The notes under the pieces: model-generated
Database searches by the model: none
What the model was told of the DNA's origin: nothing
What the model saw: the letters and a program-made list of their open reading frames with translations, nothing else
Shown: positions 48,992 through 58,885 of the stretch, piece by piece
How the letters are laid out: every line of letters begins with the position of its first letter
Position numbering within the stretch: the first letter of the stretch is position 1
Position numbers and translations under genes: made by a program
From: Candidatus Heimdallarchaeum aukensis
Lineage (GTDB): Archaea; Asgardarchaeota; Heimdallarchaeia; Heimdallarchaeales; Heimdallarchaeaceae
Direction: 5' to 3'
Length of the DNA stretch: 64,000 nucleotides
Assembly (NCBI GenBank): GCA_021513695.1
Contig: CP084166.1
Span: 2,816,001 to 2,880,000, forward strand

Positions 48992-50278
48992 TTATTGTAA
49001 TTTTTCTCCTTTTTTTGAATTATAGATTGTTGCTACGATTATTGTTAAAATAAGTACTACACCCACAATAGATGCATAAAGCCAAGGTAAGTTATAGCTT
49101 ATATTGAAGAGTACTCCTGAAACATAAGAAGTGGAAGCATAACCCAAAAAGAACAGGGTAGTTGAAATGGAGTACAGGAGAGAGAAATGTTCTTTTGGTA
49201 ATTCAAAGGTGTAAATGGTAAAAATTACTGGAAAGAATAGAGCTTGAGCAATATTCTTTACAAATAGAAATGTAGCATAAAGAGCTACTGATTCGTAATA
49301 GAAGTAAAATAAGATCAAATTAAAAGTAGTTAGTAATGAAGCAATCAAAAGAAGGTAGTAAGTTAAATTTGGTCTTTTAGAAACCAATAGCCCTACAAAA
49401 GGAGAAATAACAATAAAGCTCAGTTGTGAAAGTCCTAATAGGGTACCAACTAGACTTTCAGATAAGTTTAGGACATTTTTTCCATAAATAGAAAAAAGAG
49501 GGTTAGTTAAACCTGCAATTACTCCATATAAAGCGAAACCAAAAGAGAAAAAGATAAAAATTTGAGAAGTAAGTAATTTAAACTTAAATTTAGTTTTTTT
49601 CTTTCCTTGTTTTACATCTATTCTTCTAGTGAAATGGCGTAGTTCTGCTTTTCCTTCGATAAATAGCAATTTAAACACAATCATTCCCACGATTGCAACA
49701 GCAACAATGACTATTAAGAGAACAATTGGTGGAAGATAATTTAAAACAAAACCTAAACCCACTGTTCCTACAAGGTTACCTAATCTTCCAAAACTTGAAA
49801 TTAGAGAGTTATATAGTCCTTTATATTTTGATCTCAGGTCAGAAACTATTAATCTGCTACTAAGACTATACATGTTGTTACTTATACGAAGAACAACAAA
49901 CAGTAAAGAAACTAAAACAATGTTAGTAGTAAAAATTAATCCTCCAACACCTATGATCATAAGAACAAATGATGTCATAACAGTTAATTTTCTTCCATAT
50001 TTTTCTAATAACCAAGCTGTAGGAATACGAGCAAAAATACCAGCAAAAGTATAAATTGTAACAATTAATCCCCATTCTAAAGCTATTTGTTCTGCAGATT
50101 TAGTAGTCACTTTTTGTAAATAAAGAGGATAAAGTTGTTGTAGAGCCATTAGGACAAAAAAACCGATGAATTGTGAAACTAAAAAAGGGATGACTTCTCT
50201 TGTTTCCTCTGTTTTCATAATTTTAAATAAAGTTAAATCTATCTCTTCTTCCTCTGTAGGGATAATGGGTTCAGTCAT
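48992..50278 (-). CDS. MFS transporter
   Basis: 428 aa, ~12 TM. 'WLLEKYGRKLTV' is a motif-A-like loop (DRxGRR analogue) between TM2 and TM3. Confidence 0.7.
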   Translation of the reverse strand: MTEPIIPTEEEEIDLTLFKIMKTEETREVIPFLVSQFIGFFVLMALQQLYPLYLQKVTTKSAEQIALEWGLIVTIYTFAGIFARIPTAWLLEKYGRKLTVMTSFVLMIIGVGGLIFTTNIVLVSLLFVVLRISNNMYSLSSRLIVSDLRSKYKGLYNSLISSFGRLGNLVGTVGLGFVLNYLPPIVLLIVIVAVAIVGMIVFKLLFIEGKAELRHFTRRIDVKQGKKKTKFKFKLLTSQIFIFFSFGFALYGVIAGLTNPLFSIYGKNVLNLSESLVGTLLGLSQLSFIVISPFVGLLVSKRPNLTYYLLLIASLLTTFNLILFYFYYESVALYATFLFVKNIAQALFFPVIFTIYTFELPKEHFSLLYSISTTLFFLGYASTSYVSGVLFNISYNLPWLYASIVGVVLILTIIVATIYNSKKGEKLQ

Positions 50279-50399
50279 TAATATAAAGAAAAATATTCAT
50301 TTAAAAAATGTTTTTAACTAGCAAAAAAAAGAAAGACTAGTTTAATTTGAAAACTTAATCTCTCTTAAATATCTTCTACTGTAATTCGAGAAATAAGTA

Positions 50400-51302
50400 T
50401 TAAGCAAGGAGTTCATTAAGAATTCTTGTAGATAATTCATCTGCTTCAGGAGAATCTGTTAGAAAATCTATCTCTGAGGGGTCATTAATGCCTAGGTTAA
50501 GCTCAACAGCTCTTTTTATTTGTTCTTGTTCAAAGATTCTTCCTTGAGAAACTTCTGGGGTTGTCCCGTGAATTCTCAGAATAGCTACTCCAACAGCATC
50601 AATAGCAATCTTATCTGTTCCAGCGATTACTACCTTCGCATGTTTGACAGTACCTTTATCTGGTCCTCCATCAACGAAAATATCTACTCCATCCATTACA
50701 ATGAGATCTGGAGAATATTGAGTGTTTATTTCAGCAATCATCTTTCGTTGATGCGGTGAAGAATGAAGTTCTTTCATGTAAGAATTTCCATCGAGGTTTC
50801 TACGTGGAACTAATCCTGTAGCAAGTTTAAGTGAAAGAGTAAAATGTCCTCCATATTGATGAGTTTTAATACAACCAAATTCAACTATACACTCTGCTTC
50901 ATAATATAATTTAGAGAAAAGAAAACCATTTTTCCAGTGACTATCTTTTGGTGTCACATGAACATACTCTTCTATTGGTACTTCAGCAAGATTAACAAGC
51001 TTTACTCCTAGTTCTTCTGCTATAGGTTGCACTCTTTTTATAAAAGCTTCATTAGTGTCTGCGGGTCCACTTCTCTCGGCTACTGTAATAGATTTTGCTC
51101 CCATATCTTGGAGTTTTTTAAGGAAAACTCTAAGCGCTCCTAAATCAGTTGAAGCGGGGGGAGGATCTGCTGTATTAAAGTTAGGTTTGAAGATAACATC
51201 CTTTCCCTTTACTGGATTAATTCCAAGCAAATCTATTACTTTTAATACTCCTTCTTCTCTATTCTCGGTTACAACAATTGCAACTTTTGTCATTGAAATC
51301 AC
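50400..51302 (-). CDS. DUF362-family protein
   Basis: 300 aa. 'KDVIFKPNFNTADPP' and 'SITVAERSG' match the DUF362 conserved blocks as I recall them. Confidence 0.55.
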   Translation of the reverse strand: MISMTKVAIVVTENREEGVLKVIDLLGINPVKGKDVIFKPNFNTADPPPASTDLGALRVFLKKLQDMGAKSITVAERSGPADTNEAFIKRVQPIAEELGVKLVNLAEVPIEEYVHVTPKDSHWKNGFLFSKLYYEAECIVEFGCIKTHQYGGHFTLSLKLATGLVPRRNLDGNSYMKELHSSPHQRKMIAEINTQYSPDLIVMDGVDIFVDGGPDKGTVKHAKVVIAGTDKIAIDAVGVAILRIHGTTPEVSQGRIFEQEQIKRAVELNLGINDPSEIDFLTDSPEADELSTRILNELLA

Positions 51303-51364
51303 TTTTTCTAGTAAACTAAAATATTAAGAAAACTTCTTTAATCTTGCTGTCTTACAAAACACAT

Positions 51365-52933
51365 ATGAGTAATAAATTATACGCAGATTTTATAATAAAG
51401 AACGCTAATATATGGACAATGGACGATAACAACCCACGGGCTAAACATTTGGCAATATATAGCAACACAATCTGTAAAGTTACCAAAAATTTGAAAGAAA
51501 TTGAACAATTAGTTGGACCTGAAACAAAAATAATAGATGCAGAAAACAAAACAGTTATTCCCGGATTTATCGATTCCCATACTCATATTGCATGGACTGG
51601 ATTAAACAAAATCTATCTCGATTTAGGAAATACTAAAAGTTTAGAAGAAGCTCTATCTTTGATTAAAGAAGAAATACAAAAAAAAGAAGAAGGAGAATGG
51701 ATCATAGGCAGAAACTGGGACCAAAGTAATTGGGTTGAACAAAGGTATATTACTGCTGCAGATTTAGACCCAATAAGTCCAAAAAATCCTGTTCTACTGA
51801 GACATGTTTCTGGCCATTTAGCAACCGTCAATTCTTTAGGTTTTGAGAGGTTGGGGTTAAGTAAGGATTTACAAGGAGTAGACCTTGATAAAGAAGGAAA
51901 TGTAGTTGGTACTTTAAGAGATATTGAGCTTTCAGATTTCAAAGAAATAAGGCCAAGTTTTGAAGATTTTGTTAAAGGGTTAGAGTTAGGAATGGAAGAA
52001 TGTATAAGATTAGGAATAACCTCTATTCACGATAATATTACTTTTGAGCTTTTACCCGCTTACCATTATTTATTCACAAATAATAAGATGAAAATAAGAG
52101 TTTATGGAATAATCTATGAAGATATGGTTGAAGAAGCTATAAAACTCAATCTCAACAAAACAGTCGGTTCTCAGTGGTTTAAAATTGGCGCTGTAAAACT
52201 AATGACCGATGGTGCAATATCAGCAAGAACTGCTTATCTCTTTGAAGAATATGCAGATAAAGAAGGAGAATACGGTTTTGCTCTCTACGATGAAGAGAAG
52301 TTAGATTATATGATTAAAAAAGTGCATGAATCAGGTTACCAAGTAGCAGCACATGCTATAGGAGATAGAGCAGTAGCACAGTTAATTGAAGCTTTTGTAA
52401 GAAATATAAAACCAGAAGAATGCAAAAGAAGATTACATAGGATAGAACACGCTGAAATAGTTAGATTTCAAGACTTAGAAAAAGCAAAAGAATTAAATAT
52501 AGTCTTCTCGATGCAACCCAATTTTGTCTATCGATGGGGAAGAATAGGTATAAATGGAATGTATGAAAAGAGACTAGGCAAAGAAAGAACAATGTTGAAT
52601 AATCCCTTTGGATGGGTGAAAGAAAATGATCTTATTCTTACTTTTGGAAGCGATGGAATGCCTTTAGGACCTTTATACGGAATTTTGGGGGCACTATATC
52701 ATCCAAATGAGAAGCAACAACTAACTATAGAAGAAGCAATAAGGAGCTATACCTTTATTCCTGCAGCTGTTTCAAGAGAGGAGAATATGAAAGGGTCTAT
52801 TACCGAAGGAAAATTGGCTGATGTTGTAATTTTAAGTCATAACCTTGACGAAATTAAGAAAGAAGATTTTGAAAAAGTAAAGGTGGTAAAAACAATAATT
52901 GATGGAAAGGTAGTTTTTGAACTTAAGGACTAA
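51365..52933 (+). CDS. Metal-dependent amidohydrolase (amidohydrolase-3 family)
   Basis: 'GFIDSHTHI' (HxH metal site), 'HAIGDRA', C-terminal 'GSDGMP'. Start placed at MSNKLYAD; the track starts at 51344. Confidence 0.75.
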   Translation: MSNKLYADFIIKNANIWTMDDNNPRAKHLAIYSNTICKVTKNLKEIEQLVGPETKIIDAENKTVIPGFIDSHTHIAWTGLNKIYLDLGNTKSLEEALSLIKEEIQKKEEGEWIIGRNWDQSNWVEQRYITAADLDPISPKNPVLLRHVSGHLATVNSLGFERLGLSKDLQGVDLDKEGNVVGTLRDIELSDFKEIRPSFEDFVKGLELGMEECIRLGITSIHDNITFELLPAYHYLFTNNKMKIRVYGIIYEDMVEEAIKLNLNKTVGSQWFKIGAVKLMTDGAISARTAYLFEEYADKEGEYGFALYDEEKLDYMIKKVHESGYQVAAHAIGDRAVAQLIEAFVRNIKPEECKRRLHRIEHAEIVRFQDLEKAKELNIVFSMQPNFVYRWGRIGINGMYEKRLGKERTMLNNPFGWVKENDLILTFGSDGMPLGPLYGILGALYHPNEKQQLTIEEAIRSYTFIPAAVSREENMKGSITEGKLADVVILSHNLDEIKKEDFEKVKVVKTIIDGKVVFELKD

Positions 52934-53120
52934 AATTCTACTTTTCTCTTTTTTTTTTCCAATATTGTTTGAGTTTAACACTGATTTAAGAAAAAAATTT
53001 TTGTCGATGTTTTTATCGACAGTTTACTTTTTTGTCTATGCTTTTTATCGACAAGTGTATAATTATTGTTATTTATCTTTCTCACTGAAAAAAAAACTAA
53101 AAAACAATAGAATAAGAAAC

Positions 53121-54236
53121 ATGATAATGAGTACTATTGATGAGCAGATACAAGAGCTCGAAGACCAAATCGCAAAGACACAAAAAAATAAAGCTACAGA
53201 GCACCATATTGGTCAGCTCAAAGCAAAGATTGCTAAACTAAGACGAAAGAAACTAGATATTCAGATGTCTAAGTCAGGAAGCGGTTACGGTTTTGATGTT
53301 AAGAAATCTGGAGATGCTACGGTTGTTCTTGTAGGTTTACCATCAGTAGGAAAATCTTCACTTATCTCTAAGATAACAAATAAGGAGAGTAAAGTAGCAG
53401 AATACGCTTTTACAACTTTAGATGCTATACCAGGTATGTTGTTCCATCATGGAACAAAAATACAGATAGTTGATCTTCCAGGTATTATTGAAGGAGCTTC
53501 TGAAGGAAAAGGTAGAGGAAAAGAAATCCTAGCCGTTGCTAGAACTTCTGACATGATAATAATACTAGTTACTCCTGAAAATATTGATAAACAAATTGAA
53601 TTAATAATGAATGAGTTGTATAAAGTAGCTATTCGTCCAGGAATGAAAAAACCATATATTAATATCAAGAAGACAGATAAAGGAGGAATAGCGATATCAA
53701 CTCTCCATAGATTAACTCATATGTCAGAAAAGACTTTTGCAGGGATAATGAGAGAATATAAGATCGCTAATGCAATAGTAACAGTAAGATCTGATCCAAC
53801 AATGGAAGAATTAATTGATGTTCTAGAGGGAAACAGGGTTTATCCGAAGAAACTTATTGTTGTTAACAAAATCGACCAGTATCCTAAAGAAGTAATAGAT
53901 GAGATAAAAGAAAGATATCCTGATGCAGTATTCATCAGTGCATTAAAAGACATTAATCTAGATGTACTTAAAGATGCAATAGTGGATAGATTAGAGTTAA
54001 TCAAAATATGGATGAAAAAACAAGGAGAAAAAACAGATTTTTCAGAACCAATGATTATAAAAAAAGGTTCAACAGTGCGAGATGTTTGTGTGAAAATACA
54101 TAGAAAATTTGTCTCAGAGTTTAGATATGCTGTAGTCAGTGGTCCAAGTGCTAAGCATCCTAATCAACGAGTGGGCATTGAACATGTCCTAAAAGATGGA
54201 GATATTCTAACTATTGTAATTAACAAATATTGGTGA
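53121..54236 (+). CDS. Developmentally regulated GTP-binding protein (DRG/Obg-like GTPase with C-terminal TGS domain)
   Basis: G1 'GLPSVGKSS', G3 'DLPGII', G4 'NKID'. C-terminal TGS-like 'GSTVRDVCVKIHRKF'. The true start is 'MIMSTIDEQ'; the track's 68-codon upstream extension is non-genic. Confidence 0.8.
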   Translation: MIMSTIDEQIQELEDQIAKTQKNKATEHHIGQLKAKIAKLRRKKLDIQMSKSGSGYGFDVKKSGDATVVLVGLPSVGKSSLISKITNKESKVAEYAFTTLDAIPGMLFHHGTKIQIVDLPGIIEGASEGKGRGKEILAVARTSDMIIILVTPENIDKQIELIMNELYKVAIRPGMKKPYINIKKTDKGGIAISTLHRLTHMSEKTFAGIMREYKIANAIVTVRSDPTMEELIDVLEGNRVYPKKLIVVNKIDQYPKEVIDEIKERYPDAVFISALKDINLDVLKDAIVDRLELIKIWMKKQGEKTDFSEPMIIKKGSTVRDVCVKIHRKFVSEFRYAVVSGPSAKHPNQRVGIEHVLKDGDILTIVINKYW

Positions 54237-54464
54237 AATAAGACTCTTTTATAATTGTTTGTTTAATTTACTAATCGTAAATATAGACATCTAACAGTGC
54301 ATTAATTCCAACATATAAAAAAGTAATTTACACTATTTTTGATAAATGTATTAAAGGATTCTTTTAAATTATAAATTATAATTTTATAACATGGTTGTTA
54401 TTTTTTATGTTTCATTCATCAATAAACTTAAATATTATTTAAATAATTTTTTTGTGGGTATACA

Positions 54465-54746
54465 ATGAGCGACGGAACATTGGAAGTATCCAAATCAGAA
54501 GAAATTGTAGCTTTGGCAAAGGCTTTGTCTTCTCCTACAAGGTATCAAATTGTAAAATTGTTAATAGATAAGGAGATGGACATATCAAACATTGCTAAAG
54601 CTATGAAACAAACTGAAGCTAACACTTCAGCCCAGATTAAGTTCCTTGAGAAGGCGAAAATCCTTGAATCAAGGTACGAACCTGGTGCTCACGGTGTTAG
54701 AAAAGTTTGTAAAACAAATGTAAAAAAAGTAATAATCAATCTTTAA
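54465..54746 (+). CDS. ArsR-type winged-helix transcriptional regulator
   Basis: 93 aa. 'LSSPTRYQIVKLL...DISNIAKAMKQTEANTSAQIKFLEKAKIL' fits the ArsR HTH pattern. Confidence 0.55.
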   Translation: MSDGTLEVSKSEEIVALAKALSSPTRYQIVKLLIDKEMDISNIAKAMKQTEANTSAQIKFLEKAKILESRYEPGAHGVRKVCKTNVKKVIINL

Positions 54747-55305
54747 TAGCGTTATCGCTATTTTTCTCTTTTTTTGGTTTGTGAAAAACAATTGCATTAT
54801 CTTCAATTGGAAGCTTCCAACTGTCAATAACTTTACAATAATTATCAGTTAATTCGTGTAGTTTTTCTAGAGAAAAAAGTTTAGCGAGAGCAGTAAGAAT
54901 AACTTTTCCTCCCTCCTTTAATATCAAGTTAAATTGATTAATTGTGTTTAAAGGTTCAGGAACATTTTGAATGACAGAAAAACAAGTGATAATTGATATA
55001 CTATCTCTGCGAATAGGTAATGCGTCACTATCACAAACAATAGTAAAAATTAAACCATTATTTTTTATTCCTTCTTTTAACATATTAAAACTAATATCAC
55101 ATGAAATTACTTGATTTTGTTTTTCTAAAAATTTGGAAAACAATCCTGTACCTGCTCCAACATCTAAAATAGGTTCGTTACTAGGAATTTTAAAATGTTT
55201 GATGATATCTAGATATTTTTTGTTTTGTATTGAAATATAACGACGATCATACATTTCTGCTGTTTCATCGTAACTTCTTCTTACTCTAAACTTCTTTTTA
55301 CGCAT
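54736..55305 (-). CDS. Class I SAM-dependent methyltransferase
   Basis: Motif I 'ILDVGAGTGLFS', post-I acidic 'ISCDIS', motif II 'DSISIITC'. Confidence 0.75.
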   Translation of the reverse strand: MRKKKFRVRRSYDETAEMYDRRYISIQNKKYLDIIKHFKIPSNEPILDVGAGTGLFSKFLEKQNQVISCDISFNMLKEGIKNNGLIFTIVCDSDALPIRRDSISIITCFSVIQNVPEPLNTINQFNLILKEGGKVILTALAKLFSLEKLHELTDNYCKVIDSWKLPIEDNAIVFHKPKKEKNSDNAIKD

Positions 55306-55357
55306 TGATATAACAATTGTAGAAAAGAATTTTAACTATATAGGAAAGTACCTATTA

Positions 55358-56245
55358 ATGCCTATAAGCTTGAATGCAGTAAAAGTGTTAAAAGAATTGG
55401 ACAAAGAAGATATAAGAATACTTCAAATGATTGAAGTACTGTTAAAAGAGGGAGAATATGCACCTCTAGAAAAAATAGCTAAATATGCTGGTTTTACAGT
55501 AAAAGAAACAAATTATAGGCTATCAAAAATTCACAAATTAAAATTAATTGAGAGATGGAAAGGACATTATATAGGTTATACTCTTAAATTTGCAGGTTTC
55601 GATGCTTTAGCTTTAAATGCTCTATACGAAGGGGGGATAATTTCAAGTGTGGGTTCAGCAAGAGGAGTAGGAAAAGAGAGTGATATATACTATGCTCTGG
55701 ATTTTGAAGGGAATGAAGTAATTATTAAAATAAATAGAACTGGTAGAGCAAGTTTTAGAAATGTGAAGAAAAAGCGAGACTTTTTAGAAAAAAGAACTCA
55801 CTATTCAATTTATTTTACTGCCTATTTATCTGCAAGAAGAGAATATGAAATTTTATCTAAATTACAAGGATCAAAATTGCCTGTTCCAAAGATTAGAGGA
55901 TACAATAGACATATAATAGTGATGGACATAATTAAGGGAAAAGAACTGGTGAATATTGATTATATAGAAAAACCACTGAAAGTATTAAAGCAGATCATCA
56001 AATTTGAAAGAAAATTGTACAAGAAGTATAAGCTGATTCATGCGGACTTAACAGAATACAACATTATTTATGACGAAGATAGCAAAAAAATAACAATTAT
56101 TGATTTTCCTCAAGCTGTTACAATTGATCATCCTAATGCTTTGGAACTGTTAGAACGAGATGTTAATCATTTGATGGAGTTCTTTGGTAAGAAGTATGGA
56201 GTTAGTCTTGAAACAGATTCTGTTCTGAAATTTATCACTAAATAA
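55358..56245 (+). CDS. rio2: RIO-type Ser/Thr kinase Rio2 (N-terminal wHTH plus RIO domain)
   Basis: 295 aa. N-terminal winged helix. 'IIKINRTGRAS' (P-loop Lys), catalytic 'IHADLTEYNII', metal-binding 'IDFPQAV'. Confidence 0.8.
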   Translation: MPISLNAVKVLKELDKEDIRILQMIEVLLKEGEYAPLEKIAKYAGFTVKETNYRLSKIHKLKLIERWKGHYIGYTLKFAGFDALALNALYEGGIISSVGSARGVGKESDIYYALDFEGNEVIIKINRTGRASFRNVKKKRDFLEKRTHYSIYFTAYLSARREYEILSKLQGSKLPVPKIRGYNRHIIVMDIIKGKELVNIDYIEKPLKVLKQIIKFERKLYKKYKLIHADLTEYNIIYDEDSKKITIIDFPQAVTIDHPNALELLERDVNHLMEFFGKKYGVSLETDSVLKFITK

Positions 56246-56330
56246 AAGGTAACTAAATAAGAGTGAAAAGAAAAACAATAATTAGAAAAGAAAAAAGTAT
56301 CGTTCAAGAAAAGAAGGAATAATTAGTTCA

Positions 56331-58406
56331 TTGGTGATTGATATAGCTCAAGAGAAGATAATTGTAGGAGCTGACATCGTTCCACAGACATCGGCATCAA
56401 AGAATCCACACTATGCAGTGTGTGTATACGATGGGATTGAAGAAAAAATTATTGATTCATTTGAAAACATTAATTTTCATAAATTAATAAGCATTATTCA
56501 GAAAACACAAGCAAAGTTTTTGGCTACAGATAATGTTTATGAATTGGTTTCTTCTCCCTCTTCTTTGCCTTTCCTTTGTATTCAATTATCTCCAAACACT
56601 AAACTTGTTCAAATCACAGGCAGTCCTTTACATGGTTTTACTCCTCTTACTAAGTTAATGAGAAAATATGGTCTAGATGTTAAAGGGAAGCCTAGTCCTG
56701 TTGAATCAGCAGAAGCATGCGCTATACTAGCAAATAAGAAAATAGGTTACCGTGTAGAACCCTTTGAAGATGAGACAAAAATCGTTGTCTCTCGTTCAAG
56801 GTCTAAAGGAGCTGGTGGATGGTCTCAAGGAAGGTATGGTCGATTATATGATACTAGCGTTCTTCAAGTAGCCAACGAGGTAGAATCAGTATTAAAAGAA
56901 CATGATGTAGATTATGATAGACATATCACAAAAAGTAAATATGGAGCAAAAAAGGTTGTTTTTGACGTTTATAGTTCTTTAAACCAAGTATTATCATTTA
57001 TAAAAAATAAAAAAGGAGAGTTATGTCAAGTAAAAATTTTTCCTGTAAATAAGGAACATGTAGAGTTTATTCCTTTAAGTCAAGAAGTTACTCTTAAATC
57101 TAAACTAAAAAGGCTAATAGTAGGTATTGATCCTGGTTTAACTGTTGGATTATCCATTCTTGATTTGAGGGGGAAAGTTCTAAAAACCTTATCTCTACGC
57201 CAAGCGAGTAGAGGGCAAGTAATAAGAGCAATAACCAAATTAGGAAAACCAACTTTAATTTGCTGTGATGTTTATCCCTATCCTAGTTATGTAGAAAAGA
57301 TAGCAGGAAACCTGAATGGAAAATTATTTGCTCCTAGATCAATTTTAACTGTAGCAGAAAAAAATAGAATAGCAAGACAATTGGCAATAGAGCAAGGAAT
57401 AGTAATAAAAGATGCTCATCAAAGAGATTCTTTAGCTGCAGCTTTTAGTGGATATAGAAAATATAGAGAGCAGTTTTCTAAAGTAGATGAAAAGTATTTA
57501 CACGAGTTTGATAAAAATCTCAGAGATGAAATTAAGGATTTATTAGTTAGAGGAAGAAGTTTAAACGATTCTGTAAACTTTATTAGAAAAGAGCTAGAAA
57601 AAGAGAAGAAGAAAGAAGAACCAATAATTACTATAGAAGAAATTAAAGATATTAAACCAGAGAAAGTTCTTGAAGAAAATAAGATCTTAAAAGAAAGAAT
57701 AGATTGGTTAGAAAAACAACTAGAAGAAGAAAAAAGTAAAAATGCTGAAATCTTTTCTGAGAATGAGGAGCTAAAAAGAGAAATAGACTATCTGAGAGAC
57801 AAACTTGCTCAAGGCAAAGAAAAGTATATCAAGGGACTTTATAAAGAAAAAATCTTTTTACAGAAAGACAGTCTAATCAACTCTTTGAAAGAGAAAAATA
57901 GAGCACTAAAAGAAGAGCTTGACTTCTATGCTACAAAAATTGATGAACTAAAAAGAATAGTGTGGTTACGAGCAAATGAGAATTGGGTAGCTTTAAAGGT
58001 CATAAAGAAATTTACCCAAGAAGAAATAGAAAAAACAAATGAAATTCATGGATTAAGACCTGGAGATATAGTTTACATTTTAAACACAACAGGAGGGGGA
58101 GGGCAAACAGCTGAATTGTTAATAAGCTATAAAATCAAAGCTATAATTGGAGACATAGAAAACCTATCTTATTATGCAAAAACAAAATTCATGAAATACC
58201 AGATCCCTCTAATCGACAGAGAAAAAGTTAATCCTTTAAGAATGGATGAAATTGCAATAATAGAAGAAAAAGAAATAGATAATGCTATAGACATGGCTAG
58301 AAAAGAATTAGAGCAAAAAATCATTAAAGAAAAAGAGTCTATTCTTGAAAATCTAGTAGATGAGTATAGGAAAGAAAGAAAAAGAGAATTAGGAGAAAAT
58401 ATTTAA
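56331..58406 (+). CDS. Archaeal DUF460-like protein: RNase-H-fold (RuvC/YqgF-like) domain plus long E/K-rich coiled coil
   Basis: 691 aa. 'LIVGIDPGLTVGLSILDLRGKVL' resembles the YqgF/RuvC first strand with catalytic Asp. The C-terminal 250 aa are heptad-rich. Confidence 0.5.
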   Translation: MVIDIAQEKIIVGADIVPQTSASKNPHYAVCVYDGIEEKIIDSFENINFHKLISIIQKTQAKFLATDNVYELVSSPSSLPFLCIQLSPNTKLVQITGSPLHGFTPLTKLMRKYGLDVKGKPSPVESAEACAILANKKIGYRVEPFEDETKIVVSRSRSKGAGGWSQGRYGRLYDTSVLQVANEVESVLKEHDVDYDRHITKSKYGAKKVVFDVYSSLNQVLSFIKNKKGELCQVKIFPVNKEHVEFIPLSQEVTLKSKLKRLIVGIDPGLTVGLSILDLRGKVLKTLSLRQASRGQVIRAITKLGKPTLICCDVYPYPSYVEKIAGNLNGKLFAPRSILTVAEKNRIARQLAIEQGIVIKDAHQRDSLAAAFSGYRKYREQFSKVDEKYLHEFDKNLRDEIKDLLVRGRSLNDSVNFIRKELEKEKKKEEPIITIEEIKDIKPEKVLEENKILKERIDWLEKQLEEEKSKNAEIFSENEELKREIDYLRDKLAQGKEKYIKGLYKEKIFLQKDSLINSLKEKNRALKEELDFYATKIDELKRIVWLRANENWVALKVIKKFTQEEIEKTNEIHGLRPGDIVYILNTTGGGGQTAELLISYKIKAIIGDIENLSYYAKTKFMKYQIPLIDREKVNPLRMDEIAIIEEKEIDNAIDMARKELEQKIIKEKESILENLVDEYRKERKRELGENI

Positions 58407-58457
58407 CTTTTTCAAGAATGCTTTTAGAAATTCTGCTCTCTAATTAAAGCTGTGATA

Positions 58458-58484
58458 AACCTAGGAAATAAGTTATCCTAGGTT
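58458..58484. terminator. Perfect 9-bp stem / 9-nt loop hairpin (aacctagga-aataagtta-tcctaggtt) between convergent genes
   Basis: Exact inverted repeat located between the stop of the + gene (58406) and the stop of the - gene (58502). Confidence 0.4.
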
Positions 58485-58501
58485 AAGAAATAAATGTAAA
58501 A

Positions 58502-58747
58502 TTAAGCAGGATAATCTTCTATATTAACTTGAACAAACAAAATATTGTTACCACGAACAAAAATATCTCCGTAAGAAGCTACTTCTTCATCTTCAATGAT
58601 TTCAGTACTTTCACGAAGCCAAACATTCATATTTTGGTCAAAAGAGACTAGTTTTCCTTTATATCTCACGTTATCTTTAAGTCTAATAATCACTTGCTTA
58701 TTTAATGCTTTTCTCAAGCTGTTAACAGGAATGCTACTCATACTCAT
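58502..58747 (-). CDS. Sm-like archaeal protein (SmAP/LSm)
   Basis: 81 aa. Sm1 'VIIRLKDNVRYKGKLVSFDQNMNVWL' and Sm2 'IFVRGNNILFV' motifs. Confidence 0.75.
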   Translation of the reverse strand: MSMSSIPVNSLRKALNKQVIIRLKDNVRYKGKLVSFDQNMNVWLRESTEIIEDEEVASYGDIFVRGNNILFVQVNIEDYPA

Positions 58748-58885
58748 TATTTTTCACTCTCAATAAAATCTAAACAGTAATTATTCACCGACTTTTCAGA
58801 ATCTATAAAAAGCTTTTTGTTAAATACTGATTTTATTTTATACTTACAACCTATTTTATGCTCCTTTTCTTTTGATAAACTTTTT

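Noticed and set aside
52917-53120. 68-codon N-terminal extension of the DRG GTPase ORF (MNLRTKILLFSFFF...)
   Set aside because: Low-complexity and hydrophobic, and it overlaps the amidohydrolase 3' end. DRG homologs start at 'MSTIDEQI...'. The extension exists only because there is no in-frame stop.
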